NCBI RefSeq assembly: GCF_964204645.1
Contig: NC_134026.1
Span: 15,968,150-16,032,149 of the forward strand
Direction of reading: 5' to 3'
DNA: 64,000 bases
Source of the DNA: Tubulanus polymorphus
Lineage: Eukaryota > Animalia > Nemertea
Below are positions 24,991-38,460 of this stretch, in pieces (the first letter of the stretch is position 1; every line of letters begins with the position of its first letter). A model generated the notes under the pieces. The model saw nothing but the letters and a program-made list of their open reading frames with translations, did no database searches and had not been told where the DNA came from. The position numbers and the translations under genes are program-made.

Positions 24991-26288
24991 CCTCGTGTTT
25001 CTTCGAAAAATCAGTTCGCAGAATTCCGGTGTGCAAAGATTGCTCGGACAGTAGTCTTGAGCAAATTATCATGGTCTGGCTGCGAAACTCTGGAGATCGA
25101 CATGGAGGCAGGCAGGAAAGAAACCGCGCAGCAACACTATAAATTCACTAATGACTTATGTAACTCGATAAACCTTAAAACTAACTTTGACATAAAAAAC
25201 TAGTTTATTCCAACTTGAAAAACTCAAAATAAATTGGTGAAATTACTTTTTACTGTAGAAACCAGTTTATTCCGAATTAAAAAAATCCAAAATTAAATTG
25301 ACTAGGAACAGATTGATTAAAAAATGATACCTTGCTTTTCCTTATCGGTGGGTTCATTTTGTAAACTGCAATAAAAGTTTGTAATAAGTTTATTTCTGTA
25401 GCACGTTTAACTGCAAATTGTCATTATCAGAGAAAATGAATATAAATTTCTCAATATTTGATCTTTGATTAAGGACAGATATATGTACATATATTATTGT
25501 CTGAGATACTCTGATGTATTTTTGGCTATTGGATTTTGTAGATTTTTACTGCCACCTTAAAATAGTTTTTAATAGTGCTAAAAATTGATACATACCTTGT
25601 TTCTCCGCTCTGCTGAGCTTTCAACTTGCCCCGTGCGGCCTCTTTTAAATCTTGATCAATTTCATCGTAACAGACAGCTATAGAAAATAACTTACAAATT
25701 TTATCACATTTTACAAAAATGACCCAACGGCTGTGGAAAAACAAGGTAACATTTTTTTAGCTTAACTATAGTATATTTTTGTAGGAAATATTACGCTGTG
25801 CCCAAAAACATGCTGTTACATTGGGCTGAATTGCATGTACCATACAATTTTTGCCTGATCTGGCATATTCCATGATATTCATCGGTTTGCATTGAATTTC
25901 ATGAATTTCCGTAAAGTTATACGTTTTTATGTCAGTATTATGTGTTCAAGTATGGAAGAGTTAATGTTTACAGTTCTTACATTCAAAATATATATATTTT
26001 AAATAAAAACGGTTAACAATTTCTAATTAATGGACATGTTTTTGTATATTGATTTTTGGATGGCAAATCATTGGCTGACTTCTGGAATATGAATGGCATT
26101 TCATTGGAGAAATATTGGCATTTACTCGGTAATTCATTGGCCCATCAAGTTGGTTCGTTGGCCATTCATTGGTAAAAAATGTGGGCCAATGCAGTGCCGA
26201 TGAGCAAGTCCAATGTTGGTCCGATATTGGTAACCATTATTGGGCCGATAATGAATACCAACATCGGCCCGATGTACAATGTGGGGTA
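24991..26288 (+). mobile_element. Probable CACTA/EnSpm-like right-end remnant with DUF4806-like C-terminal fragment
   Basis: SVRRIPVCKDCSDSSLEQIIMVWLRNSGDRHGGRQER resembles the DUF4806/BEN-like C-terminus; TTGGCC/GGCCGAT subterminal repeats at 26060-26280 end in GGGG|TA. Confidence 0.4.
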
Positions 26289-26529
26289 CGCTCTCTGTAC
26301 GTTTTTTTTTGTAACCCCGCTGGCGTCATACTTCTATGAATGCCCACCTCCCTGTAGAAGTGAATTTTTCAGGATCCATGGTAAAAAATCACCAGCATTC
26401 ATCAGAGCTCCGATGACGATGATTATAGGCCTACCGAATCGACAAAGTGAAAGACCGAGACTGGGGGATTCCCAGGAAATCCCAACAAATATAGGGGATA
26501 TTGGTAAAAATCATAGGCCTATTGTGTTT

Positions 26530-26668
26530 CGTGCACAAATTACGTACTATAACCCCCCCCCCCCCTGAGAGAAGTATGTACACTTAGAGCTCACCCCTGC
26601 CCTCCCCCTGTACGGATTTCTAAAACCCCCTTCCCCTACGTGGGTACGTACTTTATGCACGGCCCCTT
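26530..26668. mobile_element. PIF/Harbinger-like MITE remnant
   Basis: GTGCACAAATTACGTAC ... GTACGTACTTTATGCACGGCCCC-TTA inverted ends. Confidence 0.5.
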
Positions 26669-28438
26669 ATGCTTATCGGATTTCTTGCAGATAATATATC
26701 GAAAGTATAATACAGATAATGTATGATATATTTAGATAATGCACCCATCCTCAGGTAAACCTAGCTATGCGCTTGTATTTATGTATTATTTATAATAGGC
26801 CTACGTCACAGCATTAAGTGCTGTAGACACCCTCTGAACACCCTCTACTCAAAGCATACATTTAGAATGATGGTGATTTAGGTATAGTGAATTAAATGTT
26901 CTCACATTTTCTAATGATCTATATTTACAGTAATCACACCATGACATTGACATCATCTGGAAGAATAGGGTCCCGTCAGGTATGGTGAATCAAGTGTAAC
27001 TTAAAGAAATGGTATGTCACAATTTGCAATTTCCCTTTTCTTTCAGATTGTACAACACGCGCCATGGCAAGGGCGTCGAACCCATCCATACCGTCCATCA
27101 TCAACATCGCGTAAGTGAATACATGGTAATTGAAAAATTTGAATCTCAACAAACTCCGAAAATCTTCCAATTATTTTCTTAACCACAGTTGTTATGAAGA
27201 GAAAAAAAGTTGTGACTTTACCACACAAGAAGCGGACCTACACTCCCACGTCGGCTGAGAAAGATATGTTGATGGCAAATGGCCTCGGCGAAAAAGGAAA
27301 TAAACTTTGAAAAAGGTGGCGATGCAAACCACCTTTTAAACAAAATATATGAGTAAGCACAGGCAAATGCAATTTGAAATTTACTTCTTTTCATGTCATA
27401 AAGCTCAAAACTAATATAAAAGATTTTACTAATTTTTAGAAAATTTCCCCGCATGGAGGAAGGGGGTGGCATAGAAATTCTAACTGTGGCTGCATCAACG
27501 CGAAATGTATTAGAAAGCAGGCACATAGGACCTGTGTCCGTTGATAGGTTCCTGGCTTTAGCAACCGTCCGTATATATATCCGACCGCTACAGGCAGATA
27601 TATCAATAAATGAACAGGCGTTGTCACTGAGGAAGGATACTCGGAGCAGTGTTTGGTTTGTGGGAGGCTGGTGACTATGCCCGATTTCAGGGATCATCAG
27701 AAGATTTGTAAACAGGTATGTGTATTTAACCGTATACATGTGGTATGTAAATGATCCCCTAGTTTAAAACAGTTGATAAAAATTAAATTTGAGTGCCTTA
27801 GTCATATTTTTAAAATTTTTAGGAGAAACAACTGGGAATAAACTTTGAGTGGTACTACTACAATTACATGTACATTTGTCACAAGTCAATGTATAACTAT
27901 AACCTTTTTTAGGTTGAAAGCATTGAAGACCATGTTACCAGGTAATATTTCCGAGTTACTCTAAAGTTTTAAAAACCAATTAATTATACAGGACCGGTAG
28001 ACTCCGCTCAAATGTACATGCATTTTTACTCATTCGAACCTTTAAATAAATCTTTTTTGGGTTCTCAATAGGAATACGCTGCTCGCTGGCAAAATCATTA
28101 GGGTAATGTACTATGGTACAAAACAAGTCATGCTGTTTTTTACGTCTACCAATACCCGGTAGTTTTAGCGTTAGTCAGCGTTGAGAAATGAATGGGTTCC
28201 TGAACTTCGCTGACTATGACTTGGTATGATTGCTCTAAATATTCAGTTCGAAGGGGCGCACAATCACCTAATATCAATCAGTATAACACCAAACTTCTAC
28301 TAATTACACAGTAAATGTTCCAATAACCGCAACAATTTCTCACATGATTTTTGACTCATTACTATACTAGACCTTTTCCAACTCTTGTGTATCGCTTTGA
28401 TCATATTATTAATTTTTACCTTCAAGCAGTTGGAACAG

Positions 28439-30798
28439 CGGTTCCTGAACTTCGCTGAAAAAGCTGAAACACTGAAAAGCTGAAACGCTGAAATTTCAGG
28501 GAATTTCCGAAAAACGCCGAAATTTCAGGGAATTCCCGAAAAACGCATAAATCGTGCTAGGTACCGACAATACACGTTTTGAAATGTTTTCCGGGCCGAT
28601 GTCCGCTGACGAGTCCTGAACCGTGTTTTATGCTCTACCTTCGGTTACAGAGACATGCCTTAAGGTCGTCGTCATGATCGACTTGATCGATTGCGGATTG
28701 CGTGGATTGTTAGATGTGTTTTTTGCCATAGTTTTATGTGCATATACCGGTACGATCTAACAATGAAGTTATCACTTCATTTGAATAAATTCTTAATCAC
28801 AGTAATATTAATTCACAATATTTTTTCTTATGTTTGGTGATTTCTTGCAACTTATCATTGCCAAGTCTCATACAGGTTGTAGCTGAATGAAAGTACAGTT
28901 AGGCTGAACCTGATAACCCAAATTAAGTGCTAGCATGGAACTAATGATTATTTTGATTCTATTTTCGGTGTCATTGAAATTCGTTAATAAAGGTTCAACC
29001 GTCATAGTATACTGTACTTAGCATTGCTACAATTGGGTGCCATATTTCTACAATTTCTACAAGGAGGAAGGAATCTTTAAGTGTCTTTGTTCCCGGGTAG
29101 GGTACGGGGTAAAACCTGGGTTACTTTCTCTTTCGACTTGCCGGAGACTACTATCTGCAATGTATTGCATGCTTTGATGTGTCTGGCCTATAGGAGTCGA
29201 ACGATATTTTTTCCCATACACAGGCTTGGCTTTAGTGTAGATGAAGGCTAGGCACTGCACATTGTGGATTGACTGGAACTCTTAACTCACAAAATTAAAC
29301 GAGTCAACAAGAAAGATCCAATAATTGGACATTTGTCTAACTATATTATTTAACAGCTTGAAATAATACATAACACATTCTGCAAGAGTATACAAAGGAA
29401 ATCAGTTCTTACATTATATCAGAATCAATAGTTCGCTTAACTCTGGCTAGAATTGTGGTTTCATTGCTTCATATTCTAATGAAATCCACTAGTATACCTT
29501 AGAATATCGCTTAGCTTAAGACTAAACATTTGGTACCAGGAAACAGGGAAGAAAAGTGGGTGTACTGTACATCCGCAATTGACTTATTTCTCTCTGGTTG
29601 AATCAAGTTATTATTGAAATAGCATTCGAATAGTCATTTTATTTTTAAAAATTGTGTCGTTCAGCTATCCTGCTGCAAATTTCGCAGTTGAAGTTTACTG
29701 GTGCCATCTGATTTCTCAGTATCTCAAAAAATTTGCACATTCTAAGCCTGAATCTAAAAATAGAAAAAGGTGCATTTTAGTTGGATATAAAAGAATAGTG
29801 GCTAATACACCCTGGACTATATAGCCCATGGGGTGGGCCTAGTTTGAAAGCACTGAGGTCCGAGAGAACAGCACTTAATAACAGTAAATAAATACTGAAA
29901 TTAAACTTACAAAACACCCAGTACTTGAGATGATGTACTTGACAAGAAGTGTCACCAGCTAAGCAAATCAACTTTGTCTATGACTCCTCCTTTTATAGAT
30001 TCAGTAGTAGTCTAAAAATAAGAATCGGTATATTTTTCTAACAGTTGGTATGTCATTTCTTCAAAAAAACTAATTATTATCACGCCACAGCAAATAAATT
30101 ATTCACAGTTGTTGAATGGTTAGCCCGATTTAGATTAATTGGTTGACGTTAACCAGTATGACCCATACGTAGGGGCCTACTGCATGCCATTAGCGTCAAT
30201 CCATTCCATTCCATTCCACAGTGAATTAAAAAGAAATTTAGTTAGATCCCTTTTGTCCAAAAGCTGCATCATTTATATAACTAGCTGTCAAATTTAATTT
30301 ACCTCCTTCAGAGAATACCATAGTGACATAGTCCGTCGCCCATCAACGTGTTGACAAAAGAAAAGTTGCTCCATGTTTTATACATGAACGGTCAAATAAG
30401 ATATTTTGCGTCTTGCAGGGAATATTGAGCATAGTGTTTAAGTTGGCTTGCACGGTTTGTGAATGGGTTTTCCTCATTATGCTGCCTGTATGCATTAAAA
30501 ATCCGGATTTCAAGCGAATTAATTTGTCCAACAAGTGGCCCTCTAGAAGTATACTCCACACATACTGTCCATGCATGTCTCTGTAACCGAAGGTAGAGAC
30601 TAAAACACGGTTCAGGACTCGGCAGCGGACACCGGCCCGGAAAATATTTCAAAACGTGTATTGTTGGTACCTAGCACGATTTCAGCGTTTTTCGGGAATT
30701 CCCTGAAATTTCGGCGTTTTTCGGAAATTCCCTGAAATTTCAGCGTTTTTATTTCAGCGTTTCAGTGATTCAGCTTTTTCAGCGAAGTTCAGGAACCG
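28439..30798 (-). mobile_element. Non-autonomous Foldback/MULE-like DNA transposon, copy 2
   Basis: Inverted copy of 4602-8100 lacking the 4877-6110 insert; TSD GTTGGAACAG at 28429-28438 and 30799-30808. Confidence 0.9.
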
Positions 30799-32837
30799 GT
30801 TGGAACAGATGGAATTGGGGTTTCACATTTTCTTTAAAGTTTTTTTTGCTTTTCTCGTATTGTTTGTTGGGGAATCATCTGCACCTTGAAGTGGAGTTTA
30901 TATTTCTTAAACTGCTCGCACTCTGGCATAATTACTAAGTTTATTGCACAAAAACATTATTAGTCCTTCCGTAACTGCCTTGGATAAATAAGATTAATTT
31001 CTTCCAATTATCTGAAATTTCTCTAATAGCAGGCGTGGTGAGATAAGTTGGTGGTAATAAACCATCTACAAGTAGAATTTTGATTCAGTTGACTAATGGA
31101 TGTTTTTTTTTCATTCAGCTCTGATGATGATCTGTTAATGGAGTCAATTCAGGTCAATTCTGACGACAACCATGGCGGGTAAATTTATCAAATACACCTG
31201 TTAACGTAACATACAAGCTATTACAGTGCTCAGGATTAATTTCTAGGCCAGATAGTACCCATTTTCTTCTTGGTCAAGAATCTTCGACCTCCTAGTTGAA
31301 GATCTAGTGACAAAACCACTCAAGCTTGTCTGCTTCCCAACAATTACAATCTTCATATGTAATGAAAAATGTCTCATTCCTTTCTTTAATGTCTCGTTTG
31401 ATTAATTTCTGAATAATTCCAGGCCCGATGAGATTCGTAATGCATCAAGCTCTCAAGATGAAACCTCCAGTTCATGGCAGTAAGTACATTCTAAAACAAT
31501 AATTGGAAAATAACTGAATACATTCATTGCCTTTCTATATGATGTGAACTGCGTATATACTCTGATTCCAGATACTTGTGGAATTACTTAAAATTAAATA
31601 AGTAGTGTACCAGTAGTTAATAATACATTTTATATAAAGCAAAATTCAGCAATTTTTCAACCGACTGAATGTCATTTGTTTTTCTATGCAGCTGCCATGG
31701 AAGCACAGTAGAACACGATTAATGTGCATCATAAATTCATCCAGTTTACGGGAAATCTTAATTAAAAGTCATTTTCTTGTATATTAATGAAAAAATGCAC
31801 TGCAAATATTGTCAGAATTAAGCGAGTTTGACTGTACATGTACTTAGAAAAATCAACCCACATTGTATTTACTTAAATGAAATACAATTCGTTATTTTTT
31901 TGGTAATTTCTGAGATAAAGACCACAACGATCCTGTCGAAGTGCTATCTTGTTTCCAAGCATTGGTAATGGAAGGCGGAATGCTTGACCTACTAGCCGAG
32001 AACGAGACTATTGCAGGTGAAACCTATCCAACTGTAGTCCCAAGAGACAAGCTCTACGAAGAGGCAATAAATGAAATCCTTAGCCAGGATTTTAATCCAA
32101 GATTTCCCCTGGATATAACTTTTATGGGGGAGGAGTGTTTGGACTTAGGTGGTCCAAGGAAGGAATTTCTAACCATTGTTTTGCGAGAGATAAAAGAAAG
32201 GCTCTTTGAAGAGAGCAATGACGGGTTGATTGTCAGGCAGGATGAACGTGCTGTCGAAAACAGGCATTTCTATGCTGCTGGCATTTTCATTAGTATGTTG
32301 GTTAAATTCTAATCTGTGTATGAGAAAATGATAAGCTTTGGTAATTAAAACAAGCTATTCAGGTTTAAGTGTAAGCAAGGCCTATTTCTTTTAGGTTTAT
32401 CGCTGATCCAAAATGGACCAGTTCCAAATTTTTTCAGCCCTGCCCTGGTGGATAGGATTTGCGATGGTAATGTAACATCTCCCCCTGACAAGCAATTGAG
32501 AGATGGATTGGACCAATTAGGCTTAGTCCAGGTAGGTAGACCCACAACCCCCCAAATTGAAAATGACCCCCAAAAATTTTTGACTTACCTATTCCAAGCT
32601 AAGGGTTAAAATTGTTTCTTTTTTCAGGAGATACATGAATTAGTATAAGTGTACACATAAATTTTTACATTGTAGTTGATGACTCATAAAGACAACTTGA
32701 AGCATTTGTTGTACAAAAAAACTCAGCAACCAATGAAATTCAAGAAATTGTTGGCATTGTTAAAACCGAGGTTTTCTGAACGAGGCAGCAACCGCCGAAT
32801 GAAAGAAGAAGCCATTTATCGACTATATTGTGACTAT

Positions 32838-34099
32838 TGATACACCGGTCACAATCCTCTCTTTAATCGTTATCTATTAAAATACTTGAGTAAGGCCCTG
32901 GCGAGAGAACGTGTCCGTGCACAAATCCGAATGAATAAACTGAAATACCGGATGATAATATTGAAGATAATATATTTTATTTACCTTGAACCTGAGAATG
33001 ATTTTCCTAATCCCTATTATATGAATCCCTATCGTTCCGAAGCTTCTCCTGTCCTGCTGTCGACACTCGTCTTACTAAGGTACAGATTCTCCCGATTGAC
33101 TGCTCTCTCAAGATGCGGGTCCCTTTTATAGAAAGAATCGGCATTCTTAAAATACCGACTCTCCCACTCGACTTTTGGCAAGGAGCAGCAACCTTACTGT
33201 CATGACTGTTTTGGTCATATAGAATTTGGCCTTAATGATTCGCTGATCTAAAATTATTTTCAAAACTGATTTGCTAAACTAACTTTTTCCTTCCAACCCT
33301 CCTGTCATGACGCGTTGTGATTTACTCACTCCTTGCTAGTCGTTGTTGAGAGAGCAGCTATTGTCTGTGAATTACCAACGAGCGCATACAGACAACAGAA
33401 ACTTCAGACAGCTAGTTTTAACATTTAACACAAATTAATTTTCTTAAAACTTTAGCGATTATAGAGACTTTGTTCTCATTTAACATCTAGGATATTCAAA
33501 TTAAATATCTTTTCAAAACTTTGTTTTCTTTTCTAATTACAGTACAAATTCATTGTTTCTTTTTTAATTATTATAATTAACTACGATTCGGAATACATTG
33601 TGATTGATTATCAATTCTTAAATTATTTGAAATACTAATACTAATTATTTTATCTACAATTTAACTAATTCTATTTTAATACAGGATAAGCAAAACAACC
33701 ACATCTTCCTAAACTTCCGGTTTTTCCTTTTACGGAAAGTAGCCGGGAATATCATCAAGTATCAGCGTGATCCCTTCACGAGCCTCATTATAAATACACT
33801 CCATTGTTCCGACCCAACCAAATATGGTTCCAACTATTTAAAAGTTTTATATAAAGATTTTCTGAATGTTTGCCAGATCTCACAGCAGAAGAACCGAGAA
33901 AGAATTGTTGTTTATAGACTGATTTATGGTTTGCGTTGGCAGATGAAAGCATCAAACAAGAACTTTCGTAATTCTTACTACTATTACGTTCTTGTCTGAC
34001 GGCTTTAACGTAACCCCCACGCGTACGGAAACAACATTAAGAACATTTCTAAATACTACGAAACATTTTCAGTTACTACGAAAATCTAGCTGTGGATCA
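32838..34099. mobile_element. Solo LTR (~1.26 kb) inserted in a HECT exon
   Basis: TGATACAC...GTGGATCA ends with 4-bp TSD CTAT at 32834-32837 and 34100-34103; removal restores YRLYCDYLKEVS. Confidence 0.8.
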
Positions 34100-34615
34100 C
34101 TATCTTAAAGAAGTATCAGGTAGATATTTAAAATTCTTCAAATTAATCGCGAAAGGTTTTTCAGAAGAAATTAAACTGCATATTGAATTCAATTCTCTGA
34201 GAATATATTGTGGCAATCTGCTTATTGCAGCTACATTTGCTCACCTCAAACTTTGGTTTTCAGCTGGACGTCGCAAGCCTGGAAAGATGTTGCGATTGGA
34301 GGACATTTTGAAATTCGTAACAGGATTGGAGGACGAAGCATTATTGGGTTATACCATACAACCCTTCATTATTTTTGTAGAAGACATTATGATTCCCCAG
34401 AGTAGCACCTGCATTAATCAGTTGATGTTACCCTTACAGTTCACAGATAAAGACAATACATATAATTTCTTTGATTATGCATTCTGTAATGAATATTTCG
34501 GTAAAACTTAGCCCACATGTCAGTTTTCAGATATCAGGCGAATTGTTTATTACTTTCGTATACAATTTCTTCATTATGTAGTGTATTACATGTATACATT
34601 CATTCACTTAATATT

Positions 34616-34953
34616 CTGCGGCGTAGCTACCGGTGCGGTTGGTTCGACATATGACGGACCAATAATTACCAAGGTGGTTATTCTGATTCGGACAAATTTG
34701 CATTAAAAAATTTGGAGGAGGGGTTAGGTTAGGATTCGATTTTTCTTGAAGTCACGGCCCCGTGAACTGCGTCGGGGCCAGAAATTATTTTTGTAAAATG
34801 GGCCTCAGATGTCCCATGAACCCCTTGAAATTTCAGAATTTTCAAAATTTCTAAACCGTTAGGGGCTTCGCACTTCGGTGCTCGCGACTGCTGGCTACGG
34901 CAGCAGCTGGCCTAGCATGTCGGACCAATAATTATTTGGTTGCTACACTGCTG
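34616..34953. mobile_element. hAT-like MITE remnant
   Basis: C(T)GCGGCGTAGC ... GCTACACTGCTG ends and an internal CGGACCAATAATTA direct repeat; TSD not clear. Confidence 0.4.
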
Positions 34954-35325
34954 ATATTTGCTTTGATATTTTTCTTCCCATGTGCTGGTAATGATATTCA
35001 CTATACAAAATAATGCCAGTTAGACACATAAAAAAATCCTGTTTCTCGGGTGGGGCAATCACCAAAATGGGTAGGTATGTAGGGATTTTTTTTCTTTTTA
35101 CAGGAAAAAAAGTTGTCTGAGCACAGCTGTACCATTTCCAGAATCAAATTGTTAAATCTGATGTAATAAGATGTTTTTATGATGTCTCGATATCAGTGCC
35201 GATATCACGATTTTATTAAAAAGAAAAAATAGGGTTTTCTTTTGGTGTGGCCTTACAGTAAAATTTCTTCTATAATCCAATGGATAATTTATGTACAAAA
35301 CATTTTAGAATGTGTATTTTTCTAT

Positions 35326-37167
35326 TCATAATTCAATTACACTGTACACATAATCTCTAGTTCTACAGTACAATGAGAAACCCCATGGATCATCATCAGA
35401 ATCTCTAAGTACACCCACTGGACCATTTAAATGTTCTAGATGCTCAGGTTTGAGCACTGGTGCAGTATCTGGAACATGTATTCCTACTTCATCATCCTCT
35501 TCTGGAATTGTTTCACTTTGATCGATCCCATATTGCTGAGCTTGACCCTGAAGTAACAATATTTCCTACATGAATGAATGTATTATAATGAAATTGTATA
35601 ATTGAATGCAGAATAAAATTACCAGCTCTCCAAAATCATCAAAGTATTCCTTTCCAATTACGCTATCCCGATCATAAGCAACATTTTGTAGACCTTGTAT
35701 GAACTGCAATGGAGAATTGTTACAGCTGTCCGTATCTTATGTTGATTGCACATTTCCACAAACATTTCCAGTGATCGGTTGATCCTAGGTAGGAAGACAT
35801 AGTGGAGGCAATACAAATCAACTTCACAACTTGGGTCGAGATAACCATGGGCTTCGAGATACAAAAATAGTGCATGACAACTGGATATCACCATCTCAAA
35901 CACATCACACCACAGCCGCTCTATACGGGAGTTGTGAACACTTCTTCCGCAGATAAAACTTCCCCTCTCTGGTCCTCTTAATCGATGCTGCTGCATGAAA
36001 CCTGCCACATCATAGTTCTCTACTCCCATATCAGCCCTGACTCGTGATGGTAACCCCCAAGTAGCAATTGCTTTTTGGAAACACTGACGTACAGTAGCTG
36101 ACCTGTTGTTATCATTGCATTGAAGATAAACGATGACACGACTATATCCTTCAATCCCATTATGGGTAACAAGTCGCCAACTGCAATTAATTTAATTGTG
36201 TTATGTGAATTAAGCTTACTACAACACAATTGGTCACCCTTCTCTAAAGTTTTCAATAATATCCAGATATTTTCAAGAACTATTGGCCTATAAAATGCTA
36301 AAATGGCATTACCGAATCAGCTTGTGATGACCATCGATGTGCCACGATGCCAGGGGGCTTTTCACATTATACACACGACGATGTATACGCTTTCTTAATT
36401 TCATTATAGATCTACCATGAGGATCTACTCTCCATCCACATTGATTCCCTTACACGTTAACGCGTAACCCTTTTTCCTTCAGATAAGAGATTCGCAGAAA
36501 TACTCCTCCGCCCTAATAAGTAACATCAAAATAGAAATTGGCTATTTTAACAAGTCCAAGAGACTGAATTCATGAAAAATCAACACTTTCTATACATGTA
36601 TACTTACCAGAATTTGGAAATGATTGAAGGTAGTATGTTACTCTTGTAGCGAGCCTTTTATGATAAATCGGATAGGGTGGCTTATGGTCTAAGAAAATGT
36701 TACTGACTAGAGCCGCAGAAGGTAGAGAATGCCCCTGTTCCCATCATTTATACAAGACAGGATAGGCCTAGTAGGCCAAATTGTCCACAAATATTGATTG
36801 TCATTGAATTTTAATCGGCCTAGCTAAAAAGAATTCAACTTGTTCTCTGGGTATATCAAACCGAGGTCGTCCAGTTCTACCATGCCCCTGGAACATCTGA
36901 TACTGACGTTGGTGTGAGTTCAAGACGCTTGCATCGTTATATCTCGCCTGTTTTGATTGCCATAATCTATATGATGCCGTATGCATCGGCGACATTCACA
37001 GCCATCGCTCCCAATTCTAGCCATTCTAACATATCGCGGTATATTCTGTCTAATTTGTAATTGACACCGTCGTTAATTACCCCACTTTCAATTGTATCAA
37101 GTATTTCCTTAAGTCTATTAAAGAAATGTCCTACAACATATATATTAATATCAATTGACGTTGACAT
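35326..37167 (-). pseudogene. IS3EU-like (integrase-core, rve-type) DDE transposase, spliced, disrupted
   Basis: GRPRFDI (HTH region); RRVYNVKSPLASWHIDGHHKLIR|WRLVTHNGIEGYSR...GLPSRVRADMGVEN...GRSVHNSRIERLWCDV...LHYVFLPRIN. D-D-E residues are present; stop at ~36968 and frameshift at ~35720. Confidence 0.8.
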
Positions 37168-37210
37168 TTTTCCCTATTTTAATACTAAACAGTATAGGGC
37201 TGCGACCTTG

Positions 37211-38460
37211 AGAGAGTAGGTGAAAATAATCGGAATCTTCGTAACCGCAATCTGTGGGAACCAGTCTATCTTTCGTCATCGTTGCTCGGGTGGATGTCTA
37301 TCGTTATAATGCTTCGCCGTTTGAAAGGGAACCAGTCTATCTTTGATCATCGTTCACGCAATGATCATCGTTTTTAGATTAACATCATCAAATGTGATCA
37401 AATAATATCGTTAAATGAAGTTTTCTTCATCAATGCATGTTCTATATCGTTTCATAACTAATATCATCGTTTTGTATGTTTTAGTATCATCGTTTCATAT
37501 CTTTTTATTATCGTTTCATATCTTTTTATTATCGTTTCATATCTTTTTATTATCGGTTTATATCTTTTTAGTCATCTTTCAACCTTTTTGTTATGTTTTG
37601 GTGGTTTTGGCCCGCCATAAAATGTCAAAAAAATCGAATAAGAATAGTATTGATATTGAAAAGACAATTGAAGATTTAGGCATTACTGATTATAAAGATA
37701 CAGTTGTTTCTAATTGTGCTCAAAATAATAATAATATTGATGTTGAATACTATTTTACATGTAAACACCATCTTGAGTTACTAATTGCTAGTGGTAAATG
37801 TAAGGAATTTATCGGAAAAATTATAATTTTTCAAGAATTAGATAATATGAAACCTGATAAAGTAATAAAACATTTAAAAATATATGAAGAAGCTAGATTA
37901 GCTAGAATAAACGATTCTATTTCGGATGGTTTTATAAAATGTTACTCTTAGTTATGTAACCGGGTAATACCAATTGATGATGAAAATAATTTATATACTG
38001 ATTTAAAAAATGACTACTTAGTTATGACAGAATTACAAAAATGGGTTGGATACGCTTCATTCCAATTAGGTGGAATAATGACATTAATTTCTACTGGAGT
38101 TATAACATTTTCTAATATCAAACCTATAGCATGTAAAGATAAAAGTAAATCAGAAGATATTGAATCAGAATAAAAATTATTAAAATAAATGAGTGATGAT
38201 ATTAAGAGGAAACCTAGATCTGAAAAACAAATTAAATGGGCTAGGGAATTAGGTAAAAGATCTTCAGAATTAAAAAGAGCTAAGAAAAAGAAATTAAGTG
38301 ATATAAATGAATCACAGAAATTATCTGATATTAATTCGAATGATTATCCATCTGATTCTTCTAATACTGGAAGAAATAATTACTTATATATTACAATTGG
38401 GTTAATCACAGTAATTATATTCTCTGGTGTAATATATAAATCTAAGTATAAATCTCTACC
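37211..38460 (+). mobile_element. Left end of a Polinton/Maverick-like element, truncated
   Basis: Starts AGAGAGTAG; 18-bp direct repeat and 21-bp tandem repeats; two AT-rich intronless ORFs (37622-38172 with stop, KHHLELLIASGKCKEFIGK; 38189 KPRSEKQIKWARELGKRS + TM) starting TAAAATG and TAAATG. Confidence 0.65.
37489..37572 (+). repeat. 4 x 21-bp tandem repeat ATCGTTTCATATCTTTTTATT
   Basis: Three perfect copies plus one with 3 mismatches. Confidence 0.92.

Larger units (their letters stand above)
27047..34511 (+). pseudogene. G2E3-like HECT E3 ubiquitin ligase, multi-exon, transposon-associated, disrupted
   Basis: N-terminal exons NGLGEK.EINF / FPRMEEGGGIEIL...IYIRPLQADI. HECT exons FMGEECLDLGGPRKEFL (31941-32293), LSLIQNGPVPNFF (32395-32532), FSERGSNRRMKEE (32676-32837), and ILKFVTG...PQSSTCINQLMLP...YFGKT* (34264-34511). 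A solo LTR lies in an exon. Confidence 0.8.

Noticed and set aside
37415-37621. Hydrophobic (SFHIFLL)n N-terminus of the 178-aa ORF
   Set aside because: Artefact of reading through the 21-bp tandem repeat; the real ORF likely starts at ATG 37622.
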